Shown piece after piece: positions 28,252 to 38,110 of a stretch of 43,661 nt of DNA. The notes below the pieces were generated by a model. The model was not told where the DNA came from. It made no database searches and was given only the letters and a program-made list of their open reading frames with translations. This DNA is from Candidatus Bathyarchaeia archaeon (GTDB lineage: Archaea; Thermoproteota; Bathyarchaeia; Bathyarchaeales; Bathycorpusculaceae). Location: positions 1 through 43,661 of the forward strand of contig JAVZLK010000009.1 of NCBI GenBank assembly GCA_038883795.1, in the 5' to 3' direction. Every line of letters starts with the position of its first letter. Position 1 is the stretch's first letter. The translations under genes were made by a program, and so were the position numbers.

Positions 28252-28973
28252 ATAATTTTAGAGGCTATTCCATCCACTTTTTCTGCGAACACCGTTTTTA
28301 GAAGCTTGCTGGTTTTTCCTATGGATTCTTCAATTTTAGTGTCGAAGGGAATTTCACCCAAAAATGGTACGCTTAAACTCTGAACTCTTTCTTGTATAGC
28401 CTTAGAATGGTTCATTTTCATATTTTCAACAACGCCTATAATTGGAACATTCAAAGCTTTTAGTAGACTTACGAGTTTTCTGACTGTTTCAAAAGCCAAA
28501 AGGGAGGATGTGGTTACGATTAGAAACTTCACGTTTTTAATTAAACGTAACAAGTCTAGGGTTGCGTCGCCTATGCCAGGCGGCATATCCACAATCAGAA
28601 AATCCAATCTGCCCCATCGTGTAATGGCAAGTAGCTCGATTAAAGCGTTTGAGACATCTGTTCCTCTTAACGGAGATGCATATTCGCCAGAATAGTAAAC
28701 TATTGACATATACTTTAAACCGTAAACCTCTGGCGGAACCAGACCTTTCTCTTCTTTAGGTTGCACGCCCTCAATGCCCAGTATCGCATGCGTTGATGGA
28801 CTTGTAAAGTCCAAGTCGAAAAGACCGACACTGTAACCCTTTTTTGCTAGTATTAATGCGAAGGTTGATGCCACTAAGCTTTTGCCAACTCCACCCTTGC
28901 CGCTTGAGACAGCAATTATATTGCGAATTTCCTTAATGCGCTCGTTTATTATGCTTATTCTTGGGTCTGCCAT
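28248..28973 (-). CDS. Mrp/MinD-family ATPase, probable ATP-type HypB
   Basis: DPR N-terminus, SGKGGVGKS, DMPPG, VENM without a following CxxC; directly downstream of hypA. Confidence 0.88.
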   Translation of the reverse strand: MADPRISIINERIKEIRNIIAVSSGKGGVGKSLVASTFALILAKKGYSVGLFDLDFTSPSTHAILGIEGVQPKEEKGLVPPEVYGLKYMSIVYYSGEYASPLRGTDVSNALIELLAITRWGRLDFLIVDMPPGIGDATLDLLRLIKNVKFLIVTTSSLLAFETVRKLVSLLKALNVPIIGVVENMKMNHSKAIQERVQSLSVPFLGEIPFDTKIEESIGKTSKLLKTVFAEKVDGIASKII

Positions 28974-28974
28974 G

Positions 28975-29373
28975 CTATTTCAGTCCTTTAACGCTTTCAA
29001 GCCAGATTCCGCGTCCTTCTAGTATTTCGAAGTCTAGACTCCCACATTTTGGACATTTTATGTAGGTGTGGGCGATTTCTGGAACAAAATGGATGGCTTC
29101 TGCTGTTTTTTCATCCAAATTTTCTTTGCTAAAGAACCATTGGTTTCCGCAGACTCTGCATTTCAGCTTTGCCTTCATAGTTTCTACCTGAAACTTTGCC
29201 TTTTGGAGCTTACCAGACTTCAACTGCGAAAGGGCAAATTCCAAAATGTCTGATTCGACTTGTTGCAGTTCGCCAACTTTTATTTTCACTTCAGTAACTT
29301 CGGTTAACCCTTCCTTTTCTGCTATTTGCGTTGCTGTTGTGATTATTGCTTCTGCCAAGGCCCATTCATGCAT
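28975..29373 (-). CDS. hypA: Hydrogenase nickel incorporation protein HypA
   Basis: MHE N-terminus, GELQQV, CRVC and CPKC zinc ligands, AIHFVPE insert. Confidence 0.95.
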   Translation of the reverse strand: MHEWALAEAIITTATQIAEKEGLTEVTEVKIKVGELQQVESDILEFALSQLKSGKLQKAKFQVETMKAKLKCRVCGNQWFFSKENLDEKTAEAIHFVPEIAHTYIKCPKCGSLDFEILEGRGIWLESVKGLK

Positions 29374-29398
29374 AAACAAGCCTTCTCAAAGCCATAAT

Positions 29399-30196
29399 TT
29401 AAGTTATCCGTTTCAAGGCTTTCTCCACTTCTTCCCGTATTATGTAGCCTCCCATGTGGAGTATGGGTTCTTTGGTTTCTGGGTCTACGTTCATTGTTGC
29501 TGTGCATGGGTAACTGTGGTGGGCTTTTGCTATGGCATCGTAAAGATTTTCCTTTTTCAATTCTACTCCAACAAGTTTTTTGGCTATATACCATGTGGAA
29601 CCGCATGGGGCGCTTCGCCTAACAACCGCAGAGTCTATAACTTCTTGTTTGCCCCTTTTCGCAGTGGTTATCTCCAACGATGGTCTTCCAACCTTCATTT
29701 CCTCTATAAACCTTGAGATTGTAGGCTTATCCTTCGATGGTTCCAAAGAACAGAAAGGTTTCGGAAAAGCATATTCCAATCCAAATTCCAAGCATTTTTC
29801 TTCCAATTGCTTCTTCAAGCCTGAGGGGACTTCGTTAAAATCTTCTATAGGCACAATCAACCCTTTAATTTCAGCATTTTTTATGTATTTTGGCAGTTCC
29901 AAAAGCAAATCCTTGTGCAGTCCAGATGTTACGCATAAATCAGCCTTTGGAATTTTCTTTGGCATATACTCTTCTGGATTGTCTATGAAAGCTGGCAGCT
30001 CTGTAGGATTCGGAAGTTGTATTGCCGCTCGAATGTTGCGGACGAAGCTGTAAACGTTGTATTTGCATGAGTCGCAATAAAGCCCACATGATTTGCAGAA
30101 GCTTGGGTCGTTTATCAAGTTTCTTATAACGCGTTCTGCGAATTCTCCGCTGTAAATGAAGATTAGCTGCAAAGTTTCTTTGTTTGTCAAGCTCAA
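29399..30196 (-). CDS. DUF166-family protein with an extra Cys cluster
   Basis: FIDNPEEY.P, LHKDLL, PKPFCSL, RSAPCGSTWYIA, HHSYPCTA; N-terminal CKSCGLYCDSC. Confidence 0.8.
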   Translation of the reverse strand: MSLTNKETLQLIFIYSGEFAERVIRNLINDPSFCKSCGLYCDSCKYNVYSFVRNIRAAIQLPNPTELPAFIDNPEEYMPKKIPKADLCVTSGLHKDLLLELPKYIKNAEIKGLIVPIEDFNEVPSGLKKQLEEKCLEFGLEYAFPKPFCSLEPSKDKPTISRFIEEMKVGRPSLEITTAKRGKQEVIDSAVVRRSAPCGSTWYIAKKLVGVELKKENLYDAIAKAHHSYPCTATMNVDPETKEPILHMGGYIIREEVEKALKRIT

Positions 30197-30214
30197 AACC
30201 CAATTATGGCAATA

Positions 30215-30859
30215 TTAAGTTGCTGCAAGCAGCACGTGTTCAAGGAAAAGGTCTTCTGGAAAAGCTCCCACAAACTCTACCTTCTCATTTATAACAGTCT
30301 TCGGTGTTCCCATAACCGCATATTTTAGGGCTAAATGGGGAAACTCGCTTATATCAACCACATCAGCCCTTATCAAATCATTCTCTATGGCGAATTTTTG
30401 GGCTGTGCTTGCAACCATTGGACAGTACGGGCATGTTAAGGTCACAAAAACTTGGATGTGAACTGGAGCTTTGATTTCTTTAAGCTTATTCTTTGTTTCT
30501 TCTGAAAGGTCTGTCCTTCCTCTTGAAACGTTTATTATGCTTTCCAGAAGGGTTTGGAACTCATAGCCATAAGGCAGTCCATAAAACCTTATTCCATAAT
30601 CCTTCTCGCCCATAATAACTAAGGCTGGAACCTTGTCAACACCATATCTTTTAGCCTTATCCGCATCAACAAGAAAATCGTAAATTTCAACCCTAATCTT
30701 ATCATTTAAGGCTGCCAACTCATTGATTAATTGTCTTGTCTGGGCGCAAAATTGGCATTCAACCTCTTGAGTGAACATAACGATTTTTACTGGATTTTCC
30801 ATTTTCTCTTGGAGTTCAGCTTTAATGTGCTCCTTATGTTCTTCAGGTATTAAACTCAC
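30215..30859 (-). CDS. Protein disulfide oxidoreductase (PDO, two thioredoxin folds)
   Basis: CQFC and CPYC sites, IRFYGLPYGYEF, VEFVGAFPE. Confidence 0.93.
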   Translation of the reverse strand: MSLIPEEHKEHIKAELQEKMENPVKIVMFTQEVECQFCAQTRQLINELAALNDKIRVEIYDFLVDADKAKRYGVDKVPALVIMGEKDYGIRFYGLPYGYEFQTLLESIINVSRGRTDLSEETKNKLKEIKAPVHIQVFVTLTCPYCPMVASTAQKFAIENDLIRADVVDISEFPHLALKYAVMGTPKTVINEKVEFVGAFPEDLFLEHVLLAAT

Positions 30860-30878
30860 TTTGGCTCACCATTCCTTA

Positions 30879-31313
30879 TTATTCTTTTAACTTTTCTAAA
30901 ATTATTGCTGGGCAAACCCTTTTTACTCCTTCAATAGTTCCAATCCTCTCTGATATAAGTTTTGTAAGTTCCCTTCCGTCCTTTGTCCAGATTTCCGTCA
31001 TTATCATGTGGTCTCCACTGGATGTGGCAACGCATTTAATTTCTGAAAATTCGCAAAGTCTTTGGGCTACTTCTAAAAGTTTCGTGGGGTCAGTTTCCAA
31101 TCCAACTATGGCGACAGTGTTTATTCCCAGCTTTCTCGGGTCAACTTTAACAGTGAACCTTTTTATTATTCCTTCCTTCTGCATTGCTAAAACCCGTTTT
31201 CTGACGGTTGACTCGTTTATTTTCAGTTTTTCAGCTATTTCCGTGAAAGATTTTCGCCCATCTTCTTCTAGCATTTGAAGGATTTTTTCGTCAATTTTAT
31301 CAAGTTCTAACAT
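30879..31313 (-). CDS. lrpA: Lrp/AsnC regulator, Pyrococcus LrpA-like
   Basis: HTH D.R.SFTEIA..L...ESTVRKR; C-terminal SSGDHMIM..IW.KDG and VCPAIILEKLK. Confidence 0.9.
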   Translation of the reverse strand: MLELDKIDEKILQMLEEDGRKSFTEIAEKLKINESTVRKRVLAMQKEGIIKRFTVKVDPRKLGINTVAIVGLETDPTKLLEVAQRLCEFSEIKCVATSSGDHMIMTEIWTKDGRELTKLISERIGTIEGVKRVCPAIILEKLKE

Positions 31314-31327
31314 ATGCTTTCACCCTA

Positions 31328-31413
31328 TTTCAGTATTATTTTATCTAAATTTCGTCTATTTTTATCCGAAAAATATATAAAATAGTCTGAAATAAAAGTT
31401 TTTTGTTCCGAAA
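31328..31413. promoter_or_regulatory. Phased 21-bp motif array, putative LrpA operator
   Basis: TCTAAAT 31344, TCCGAAA 31365, TCTGAAA 31386, TCCGAAA 31407. Confidence 0.6.
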
Positions 31414-31434
31414 AAATGAATGAGGCAGATAAAA

Positions 31435-32076
31435 ATGGAAGAAAAAAGACCTTTATTGAGACTTGGCGAACCAGTTCCAGATTTCGAAGCAGTAACAACG
31501 CATGGGAAGATTAAGCTTTCAGATTTTAAGGGAAAATGGGTTATATTGTTTTCTCATCCAGCGGATTTTACGCCAGTTTGCACTACGGAGTTTGCTGCTT
31601 TTGCAAAAATTCACGATGAACTCGTGAAGCGAAATGTTCAATTGATTGGTTTGAGCATAGACAGCGTTTACTCCCACATAGCATGGGTTAGACGTATAAA
31701 GGAAAAGTTAGGTGTAGAAATTCCCTTCCCAATAATAGCCGACTTAGACATGAAAGTTGCCACAATTTTCGGTATGATCCACCCAGGAATGAGTGCCACC
31801 GCAGCCGTTCGTGCCGTGTTCTTCATAGACCCAGAAATGACATTAAGAGCCATGATATACTATCCATTAAATGTTGGAAGAAACATGGACGAAATTTTAA
31901 GGGTCATTGACGCCTTACAAACAGCCGACAAATACAAAGTTGCTTGTCCAGCCAATTGGCGTCCAGGCGAAGCAGTTATTGTTCCACCGCCTCTAACGCA
32001 GGATGCAGCAGAAAAACGCTTGCAAGAAGGCTACGAATGTGTGGACTGGTTCCTATGCAAAAAGAAACTCCCCTAA
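31435..32076 (+). CDS. Peroxiredoxin (Prx6/archaeal type)
   Basis: [27 protein letters not shown]-terminal C.DWFLC. ATG 31435 preferred. Confidence 0.95.
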   Translation: MEEKRPLLRLGEPVPDFEAVTTHGKIKLSDFKGKWVILFSHPADFTPVCTTEFAAFAKIHDELVKRNVQLIGLSIDSVYSHIAWVRRIKEKLGVEIPFPIIADLDMKVATIFGMIHPGMSATAAVRAVFFIDPEMTLRAMIYYPLNVGRNMDEILRVIDALQTADKYKVACPANWRPGEAVIVPPPLTQDAAEKRLQEGYECVDWFLCKKKLP

Positions 32077-32112
32077 ACCCCTTTCTTTTTTAATTTAAAG
32101 GGAGGTGAAAAT

Positions 32113-32529
32113 TTGGCACAAAAACTTCACGCAAACGCAAAGTTGGTTAAGGAATTAAGGATAGTAGTTGATGATGGCAGAGCGCATAGCATATGCCTTG
32201 ACCTTCCACCAGAACTTGGCTCAGACATGGGACCAACTGCCCTCGAATGCGCTGTAATGAGTTATGCTGGATGCTTTGCGACAATTTTTGCTTTAACAGC
32301 CAAGAAAATGCGTGTTCCATTGAAGGATTTAGACGTTAAATTGGAAGCAGTAAAATCAGAGGAAGAAGGCACAATAACGGAAGCCAACTTTGACATTCAA
32401 GTTAAAGCTGACGCTTCAGAAGATAGGATTCAAAGAATCTTTAAACTAACATTAGAAAATTGTCCAGTTGGAAAACTTTTCGAAAAAGCCGGAGTCAAAA
32501 CAAACTACAAAATGAAAACCACGCCGTAA
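32113..32529 (+). CDS. OsmC-family protein
   Basis: GGAGGTGA SD; DLP..LGSDMGPTALE, AGC, CPVG. Confidence 0.9.
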   Translation: MAQKLHANAKLVKELRIVVDDGRAHSICLDLPPELGSDMGPTALECAVMSYAGCFATIFALTAKKMRVPLKDLDVKLEAVKSEEEGTITEANFDIQVKADASEDRIQRIFKLTLENCPVGKLFEKAGVKTNYKMKTTP

Positions 32530-32555
32530 AACCAACCCTTTTTGTTTAGATTGCA

Positions 32556-32908
32556 TCACTTAATCAGAGAATTACTTCTTAAAACGTTTATCACTTGGTC
32601 TCCAGACTTGGCAGCTAATATTTTTATTTTAAGTTCATTAAGCATGGTTGCGGCGCCAGGTCCAACTTCTCCTGAAATAACTAGGTCTACCTTCATGGCT
32701 GCCAAATATTTTGCTACAACTGGTCCTTTTCCATGACTAAGCGACGCAGCTGGATTCTCTATTACCTCCACATTTTTAACGCGTTTATCTTTTATGTCTA
32801 CAATTGTGAAGGTTTTTGCGTGACCAAATTCATGCGAAACCTATCTTCAAGTCCCTTTTCGCCAATCGTTGCAACGGCAACTCTTAAACTCTTAGGTTGT
32901 GCTGCCAT
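32556..32908 (-). pseudogene. NifB/NifX (dinitrogenase FeMo-cofactor-type) family gene with a 1-nt frameshift
   Basis: Frame A: MAAQPKSLRVAVAT..KGLED. Frame B continues VSHEFGHAKTFTIVD..VIENP..HGKG..VDLVISGEVGPGA. One base is missing near 32841. Confidence 0.85.
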
Positions 32909-32915
32909 TAAGCCA

Positions 32916-33128
32916 TCACTTTTTCTCTTGAATTAGCTTCTTAAGCTCTTCTATGCGTTTATTTATGTCTGCAAGTTCCAATTCTATGCTCTTTCTTAAA
33001 TCCTCTAAGGCTTTCAGTTCTTCATTTGGGTCGGATGGATAAGGATAATACTGGCTTTGAGCCCAAGGTGGAGGCCACGGATGTCTTGGACACCACCATC
33101 CTCTTGGCCAGTAGCGCCACCCCCTCAT
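32916..33128 (-). CDS. DUF5320-like small protein (W/P-rich head plus coiled coil)
   Basis: GAGGTGA SD; RGWRYWPRGWWCPRHPWPP then EELKALE...ELADINKRIEEL. Confidence 0.75.
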   Translation of the reverse strand: MRGWRYWPRGWWCPRHPWPPPWAQSQYYPYPSDPNEELKALEDLRKSIELELADINKRIEELKKLIQEKK

Positions 33129-33146
33129 TTTTAGCGTTCACCTCTA

Positions 33147-33210
33147 TTTTGTGATATAGCACATAATATTTTAGGCGCAAACTATTTAAGTTTTGTGATA
33201 TATCCCATAA
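33147..33210. promoter_or_regulatory. Twin 20-bp palindromic operators around a TATA box
   Basis: TTTTGTGATATAGCACATAA (33147-33166) and TTTTGTGATATATCCCATAA (33191-33210), with TATTTAAG between them. Confidence 0.7.
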
Positions 33211-33213
33211 ACC

Positions 33214-33531
33214 ATGTCAGGATGGCAATGGCGCAGAAGACGAAGACACGGCAGAGTTGGAAGACCACCAAAACCCATAGCAATAACCACAAACCCCGCA
33301 ACAGAAAAACTTGAACCCTCACCCAAAAAAAGTTTAGAACCCATCTATATGGAACCAGCCGAAATAGAAGCGTTAAGACTCATAGATTTAGAAAAATTGT
33401 CTTTTGAAGAAGCCGGTGAAAGAATGATGGTTTCAAGAAATACCGTTTGGCGATTTGTCGAAAACGCTAGGGAAAAACTCGTAAAAGCCATATTTGAAGG
33501 CAGAGAGATCATTATACAAAAAGAAGAGTAA
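33214..33531 (+). CDS. DUF134/UPF0251 HTH protein
   Basis: GRPPK, EIEALRLIDLE.LSFEEA..M.VSR.T.WR....AR.KL..AI.EGR. Confidence 0.9.
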   Translation: MSGWQWRRRRRHGRVGRPPKPIAITTNPATEKLEPSPKKSLEPIYMEPAEIEALRLIDLEKLSFEEAGERMMVSRNTVWRFVENAREKLVKAIFEGREIIIQKEE

Positions 33532-33547
33532 ACACTGTGAGAGTGTT

Positions 33548-35641
33548 TTAACCTGGGAAGGGACATGTTTTTGTTGGGCAACCACCAGCATACTCAGATT
33601 CCGCCATAACAAATTGCTTTTCCTTAGCTTTTATTTCTCCTATGTATAGAACTTGTTCCGGTTTGCTTCCATACCTAAAAACGGTCACGCCCTTACATTT
33701 TAGCTTCCAAGCAAGCTCATAAACCATCCTCACATCTTCCACTGTGGCTTCTGTTGGCATGTTAACAGTTTTTGAAACAGCATTATCTGTATACTTTTGG
33801 AAGGCAGCTTGCATCCGCACGTGCCATTCAGGCTTAATGTCCAAGGCTGTTACGAAAACTTTCTTAACATCTTCTGGAACTTCATCAATTTTTTGAACTG
33901 AACCAGTTTTGGCAATTTCCTCCAAAAGTTTGGCGCTGTAAAATCCTCTTTCTTTTGCTGTTATCTCAAACAATGGATTGGTTTCGAAAAGTCTTGTTCC
34001 ACCTAAAACGTTTCTTATGAAGGAAATGGCGAATATTGGTTCAATTCCTGAAGAGCAGCCGGCTATTATGCTTATGCTTCCAGTGGGCGCTATTGTTGTT
34101 ACGGTGGCGTTTCGCATAGCCTTATATTTGTCTTTCCAAATGCTATTTTCAAAGTTTGGGAATGAACCCCTTTCCTCGCCTATTTCCATGGATTTCTTGT
34201 GGGCTTCTTCGTCGATGAATTTCATAAGCCTTTCAGCAAGAGCCAAAGCCTCTTCGGAGTCGTAGCGAATTCCAAGTTTTATGAGCATGTCCGCAAAACC
34301 CATGACCCCCAAACCTATCTTTCTATTCGCTCTGGTTATGGCTTCTATTTCTTTTAGGGGATACTTGTTAGCGTCAATAACGTTATCAAGAAAATGAACA
34401 GCGTTCCTCACGGTTTCCCTCAATTTTTCCCAATTTATTTTTCCATCCTCAACCATTCTTGAAAGATTTATTGAACCCAAATTACAAGACTCATAAGGCA
34501 AAAGCGGCTGCTCACCACATGGGTTGGTCGCCTCTATCCTTCCAACCGTTGGCGTTGGATTATGCCTATTAATCTCATCTATGAAGATAACGCCGGGGTC
34601 TCCGCTCATCCAGGCAGATTTTATCATCAAATTCCAAACATTTTGGGCTTTAAGCTTTCTCATCCTTTCCTTATTTCTCGGGTTTATTAGCCAATATTCG
34701 CCATCTTCTTCCAAAGTTTTCATAAAATCGTCTGTCACAGCAACAGAAATGTTAAAATTTGAAAGGAAGCCTGGCTTTTGCTTTGAGGTTATGAATTCAA
34801 GAATGTCCGGATGGTCAACCCTTAAAATTCCCATCATGGCGCCTCTCCTTTTTCCTCCAGCCTTTATCACTTCCGTGGCTGTGTCAAAGACACGCATGAA
34901 ACTTACTGGACCGGAGGCTACGCCTTTTGTTGACCTTACAATGTCTCCGTTTGGTCTCAATTTTGAAAAGTCGAAGCCTACGCCTCCTCCGCTTTTTTCT
35001 ATTAAAGCCATGTTTTTAACGGCTGAGAAAATGCTTTCTAGTGAATCTTCCACCGGCAAAACGAAACACGCAGACAACTGGCCCAATTCTGTTCCAGCAT
35101 TGAAAAGGGTGGGGGAGTTCGGTATAAATTCAAGCGTCGTCATCATGTTATAAAAAACTTTTGTACTTTCACTTGGGTCTTCGCCATATAATTTGTCAAC
35201 ACTCGCTATGGCTTTGGCTATTCGTTCAAACATTTGCGCTGGAGTTTCTATAATCCTTTCCGTCTCATCTTTTAAGAGATAACGCCTGTTCAAAACTTCG
35301 AGGGCGTTAACGGTTAATTTTGGTTCTACAATTCCCAACTTCTCTCTTAACTCTCTTATCTCGTCTTTCTTTTTCCTATAACTCGCATATTCCTCAGCAA
35401 CTTTTCCATAACCGCTTTTCTTTAAAATTTCGATAACGGCGTCTTGGGCGTCTTCAACTGATGGAATTTTCTCCTTAAATCGCTCTTCAAGAAGCCTAAC
35501 AACCTCCTTTGTAAGACTTTCGGCTCTTTCACCATTCTCAAGCTCCACAGCAATAAACGCTCTGTGTATTGCATCCTTTATTTTTGCAGAATCGAAATCA
35601 ACAACTCTTCCGTCTCTCTTCCTTATTTTCGTAATAGACAT
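33548..35641 (-). CDS. nrdJ: Class II (adenosylcobalamin) ribonucleotide reductase with N-terminal ATP cone
   Basis: IRKRDGR ATP cone, [21 protein letters not shown]...[18 protein letters not shown]-terminal CxxxxC; no intein. Confidence 0.95.
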   Translation of the reverse strand: MSITKIRKRDGRVVDFDSAKIKDAIHRAFIAVELENGERAESLTKEVVRLLEERFKEKIPSVEDAQDAVIEILKKSGYGKVAEEYASYRKKKDEIRELREKLGIVEPKLTVNALEVLNRRYLLKDETERIIETPAQMFERIAKAIASVDKLYGEDPSESTKVFYNMMTTLEFIPNSPTLFNAGTELGQLSACFVLPVEDSLESIFSAVKNMALIEKSGGGVGFDFSKLRPNGDIVRSTKGVASGPVSFMRVFDTATEVIKAGGKRRGAMMGILRVDHPDILEFITSKQKPGFLSNFNISVAVTDDFMKTLEEDGEYWLINPRNKERMRKLKAQNVWNLMIKSAWMSGDPGVIFIDEINRHNPTPTVGRIEATNPCGEQPLLPYESCNLGSINLSRMVEDGKINWEKLRETVRNAVHFLDNVIDANKYPLKEIEAITRANRKIGLGVMGFADMLIKLGIRYDSEEALALAERLMKFIDEEAHKKSMEIGEERGSFPNFENSIWKDKYKAMRNATVTTIAPTGSISIIAGCSSGIEPIFAISFIRNVLGGTRLFETNPLFEITAKERGFYSAKLLEEIAKTGSVQKIDEVPEDVKKVFVTALDIKPEWHVRMQAAFQKYTDNAVSKTVNMPTEATVEDVRMVYELAWKLKCKGVTVFRYGSKPEQVLYIGEIKAKEKQFVMAESEYAGGCPTKTCPFPG

Positions 35642-35704
35642 GAGAGGTAACCATTTCAAAAATAACAAAATCATAATATAAAAAGTTTGAAAAATTGGCG
35701 TCTA

Positions 35705-35866
35705 CTATTCCTTTTTCACAAATTGACTTTTGGGTGCGCCGCAAACGGGGCAAACCCAATCTTCTGGCAAATCCTCGAAGGGTGTTCCAGGCTTTATGTT
35801 GTGTTCCGGGTCTCCCACTTCTGGGTCGTATATATAACCGCAAACTGTGCATTCCCACTTATCCAT
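35705..35866 (-). CDS. Rubredoxin (53 aa, not in ORF track)
   Basis: [53 protein letters not shown]; GGTGGA SD. Confidence 0.97.
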   Translation of the reverse strand: MDKWECTVCGYIYDPEVGDPEHNIKPGTPFEDLPEDWVCPVCGAPKSQFVKKE

Positions 35867-35957
35867 TTTATCCACCGCTTATTTTCTAATATGAAGCAGC
35901 GAGGACAAAATATAAAGCTTCTATAAGCCCCATATAGAAAAGTTAAAGGTGTGAAGG

Positions 35958-36572
35958 ATGGAGAAAACAAAATTTTACGTTTTACCATCATTGCCCTACG
36001 ATTATAAGGATTTAGCACCATACATGTCTGAGGAACAGTTAAGAATACACCATAGTAAACATCATCAAGCCTACGTTAACGGCGCCAACGCAATTCTTCA
36101 AAAGCTAGATAAGGCCAGAAAGGAAAATACTGAAATAGACATTAAATCAACCCTAAAAGAACTCTCATTCAACATAGGCGGCCACCTACTTCATTCGCTT
36201 TTCTGGGGAAACTTGGCGCCTCCCAGCAAAGGTGGTGGAAAACCCAGCGGAGTTCTAGGAGAAGCCTTGAATGAAGAATTTGGAAGTTTTGAAAGGTTTA
36301 AGAAAGAGTTTTCCCAAGCCGCAGTTAGCGTAGAAGGTTCTGGATGGGCAGCATTAACCTTCTGCAAACAAACCAGCAGACCAATAATAATGCAGATAGA
36401 GAAGCACAATGCGAATGTTTATCCAATGTTTAGAATCCTTATGGTTTTGGATGTTTTCGAGCATGCCTACTACATCGATTACAAGAATGATCGAGCCAAG
36501 TTTGTCGAAGCCTTCTGGAACATTGTCAACTGGGAAGAAGTAAACAAGAGGTTAGAAGAAACGCTAAAATAA
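35958..36572 (+). CDS. sod: Fe/Mn superoxide dismutase
   Basis: [41 protein letters not shown]. Confidence 0.97.
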   Translation: MEKTKFYVLPSLPYDYKDLAPYMSEEQLRIHHSKHHQAYVNGANAILQKLDKARKENTEIDIKSTLKELSFNIGGHLLHSLFWGNLAPPSKGGGKPSGVLGEALNEEFGSFERFKKEFSQAAVSVEGSGWAALTFCKQTSRPIIMQIEKHNANVYPMFRILMVLDVFEHAYYIDYKNDRAKFVEAFWNIVNWEEVNKRLEETLK

Positions 36573-36654
36573 AAACGTCTAAGTTAAGAAAAAGTGCATT
36601 AAACAATCTACAGTATCGGGCTACGAAAAAGAAGAGTAAGTTAGTGATTCACCT

Positions 36655-36975
<321 letters not shown>

Positions 36976-37090
36976 TCACCTAATCATAGGTTGAAAGGTG
37001 AAAATATTAGCTTTTCTAATTTTGAAGTCGCCCATATAGTAAATAGTTATATTATGCGCTAAATCTAAAGGAAATGCGTGGGTTGAGAAA

Positions 37091-37375
37091 ATGAACATTG
37101 TAAAGGTTCCAGGAAAAAACAAAAAGCATAAGGTTTTGGTTTATGCATTAAGCACGTGCGCATGGTGCAAATTAACAAAACAGTTTCTGAAAGAGAACGA
37201 AATCGAATACGAGTATGTGGATGTGGATCTGAGCAACGATGAAGACAGAGAAAAAATCCGAAAAGACATTTTGAGGAGAAATGGAAGCCTCAGCTATCCA
37301 GCAATAATAATAGACGACAAAATTTTGATTAACGGTTTCCGCAAAGACAAGCTAAAGGAGATTCTAGAAATTTGA
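37091..37375 (+). CDS. Glutaredoxin/NrdH-like protein
   Basis: YALSTCAWC, SYPAIII, INGF. Confidence 0.92.
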   Translation: MNIVKVPGKNKKHKVLVYALSTCAWCKLTKQFLKENEIEYEYVDVDLSNDEDREKIRKDILRRNGSLSYPAIIIDDKILINGFRKDKLKEILEI

Positions 37376-37905
37376 TAACCATTGAAAAAGTTCGCCAAAG
37401 AGCGGAAAGCGACGCAAAAACCCACGGCTACTATTTAAACCCGAACCCAGATTTTCTCAGAGACCTCCTTGAAGGATTAAAAAGGAATGAAGAACGTTAT
37501 GGATATCCTTCATGCCCTTGTAGATTGGCTTCAGGAAAACTTGAGTGGGACAGAGACATAATTTGCCCATGCGATTACAGAGACCCAGATGTTGAAGAGT
37601 TTGGAGCTTGCTACTGCGCACTTTACGTTAGAAAGGATGTATATGAAGGCAAAACTCCGCTTATGCCAGTTCCTGAACGAAGACCCTCAGAAAAGCAAGC
37701 TAGAGCTTATGGAAAAGCCGAAGGAACCTCCGAGGCTGTTGCATTAACTGTTAAAAAGCCTTCAGAGATTAAGCTAAAACTCTGGTATTGCAAACAATGC
37801 GGTTACGTGGTTTTTCGGGAAGACCCACCCTATATTTGTCCCATCTGCAAGGCGAAGAGGGAAATGTTTGCACCAATAGAAATATCAACAATTTTAAGCG
37901 GATAA
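37372..37905 (+). CDS. Ferredoxin:thioredoxin reductase catalytic subunit fused to a rubredoxin-like domain
   Basis: CPCR, ICPC, CYCALY; C-terminal CKQCGY..PP..CPIC. Confidence 0.92.
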   Translation: MITIEKVRQRAESDAKTHGYYLNPNPDFLRDLLEGLKRNEERYGYPSCPCRLASGKLEWDRDIICPCDYRDPDVEEFGACYCALYVRKDVYEGKTPLMPVPERRPSEKQARAYGKAEGTSEAVALTVKKPSEIKLKLWYCKQCGYVVFREDPPYICPICKAKREMFAPIEISTILSG

Positions 37906-37915
37906 ACGCAAGCAT

Positions 37916-38065
37916 TTACCTTGTAACTTTTATTTCAATTTCTTTCCAGTCCTTCTTTATTCCTCTTAAGGAAGTTACTGCTCCAACAATGGTTCCGCTT
38001 AAGATTTTTACGACAAACTCATTAAGGCTTATTTCTTCGCCATCCACAATTAATTTTGCTTTCAC
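37916..38065 (-). CDS. 49-aa protein resembling the MobB C-terminal extension (not in ORF track)
   Basis: GGGTGA SD, GTG start; MKAKLIVDGEEISLNEFVVKILSGTIVGAVTSLRGIKKDWKEIEIKVTR. Confidence 0.75.
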   Translation of the reverse strand: MKAKLIVDGEEISLNEFVVKILSGTIVGAVTSLRGIKKDWKEIEIKVTR

Positions 38066-38110
38066 AAAGTATCACCCTACCACACTTAAAGGAATAAAGA
38101 AGCTATATTT

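Noticed and set aside
32830-32860. Pyrrolysine or selenocysteine read-through at the TAG in the NifX-like frame
   Set aside because: That frame has a TGA two codons upstream, and the homologous N-terminus is in another frame, so this is a frameshift.
33548-35641. Possible intein in the RNR
   Set aside because: Length is compact and the catalytic motifs are contiguous.
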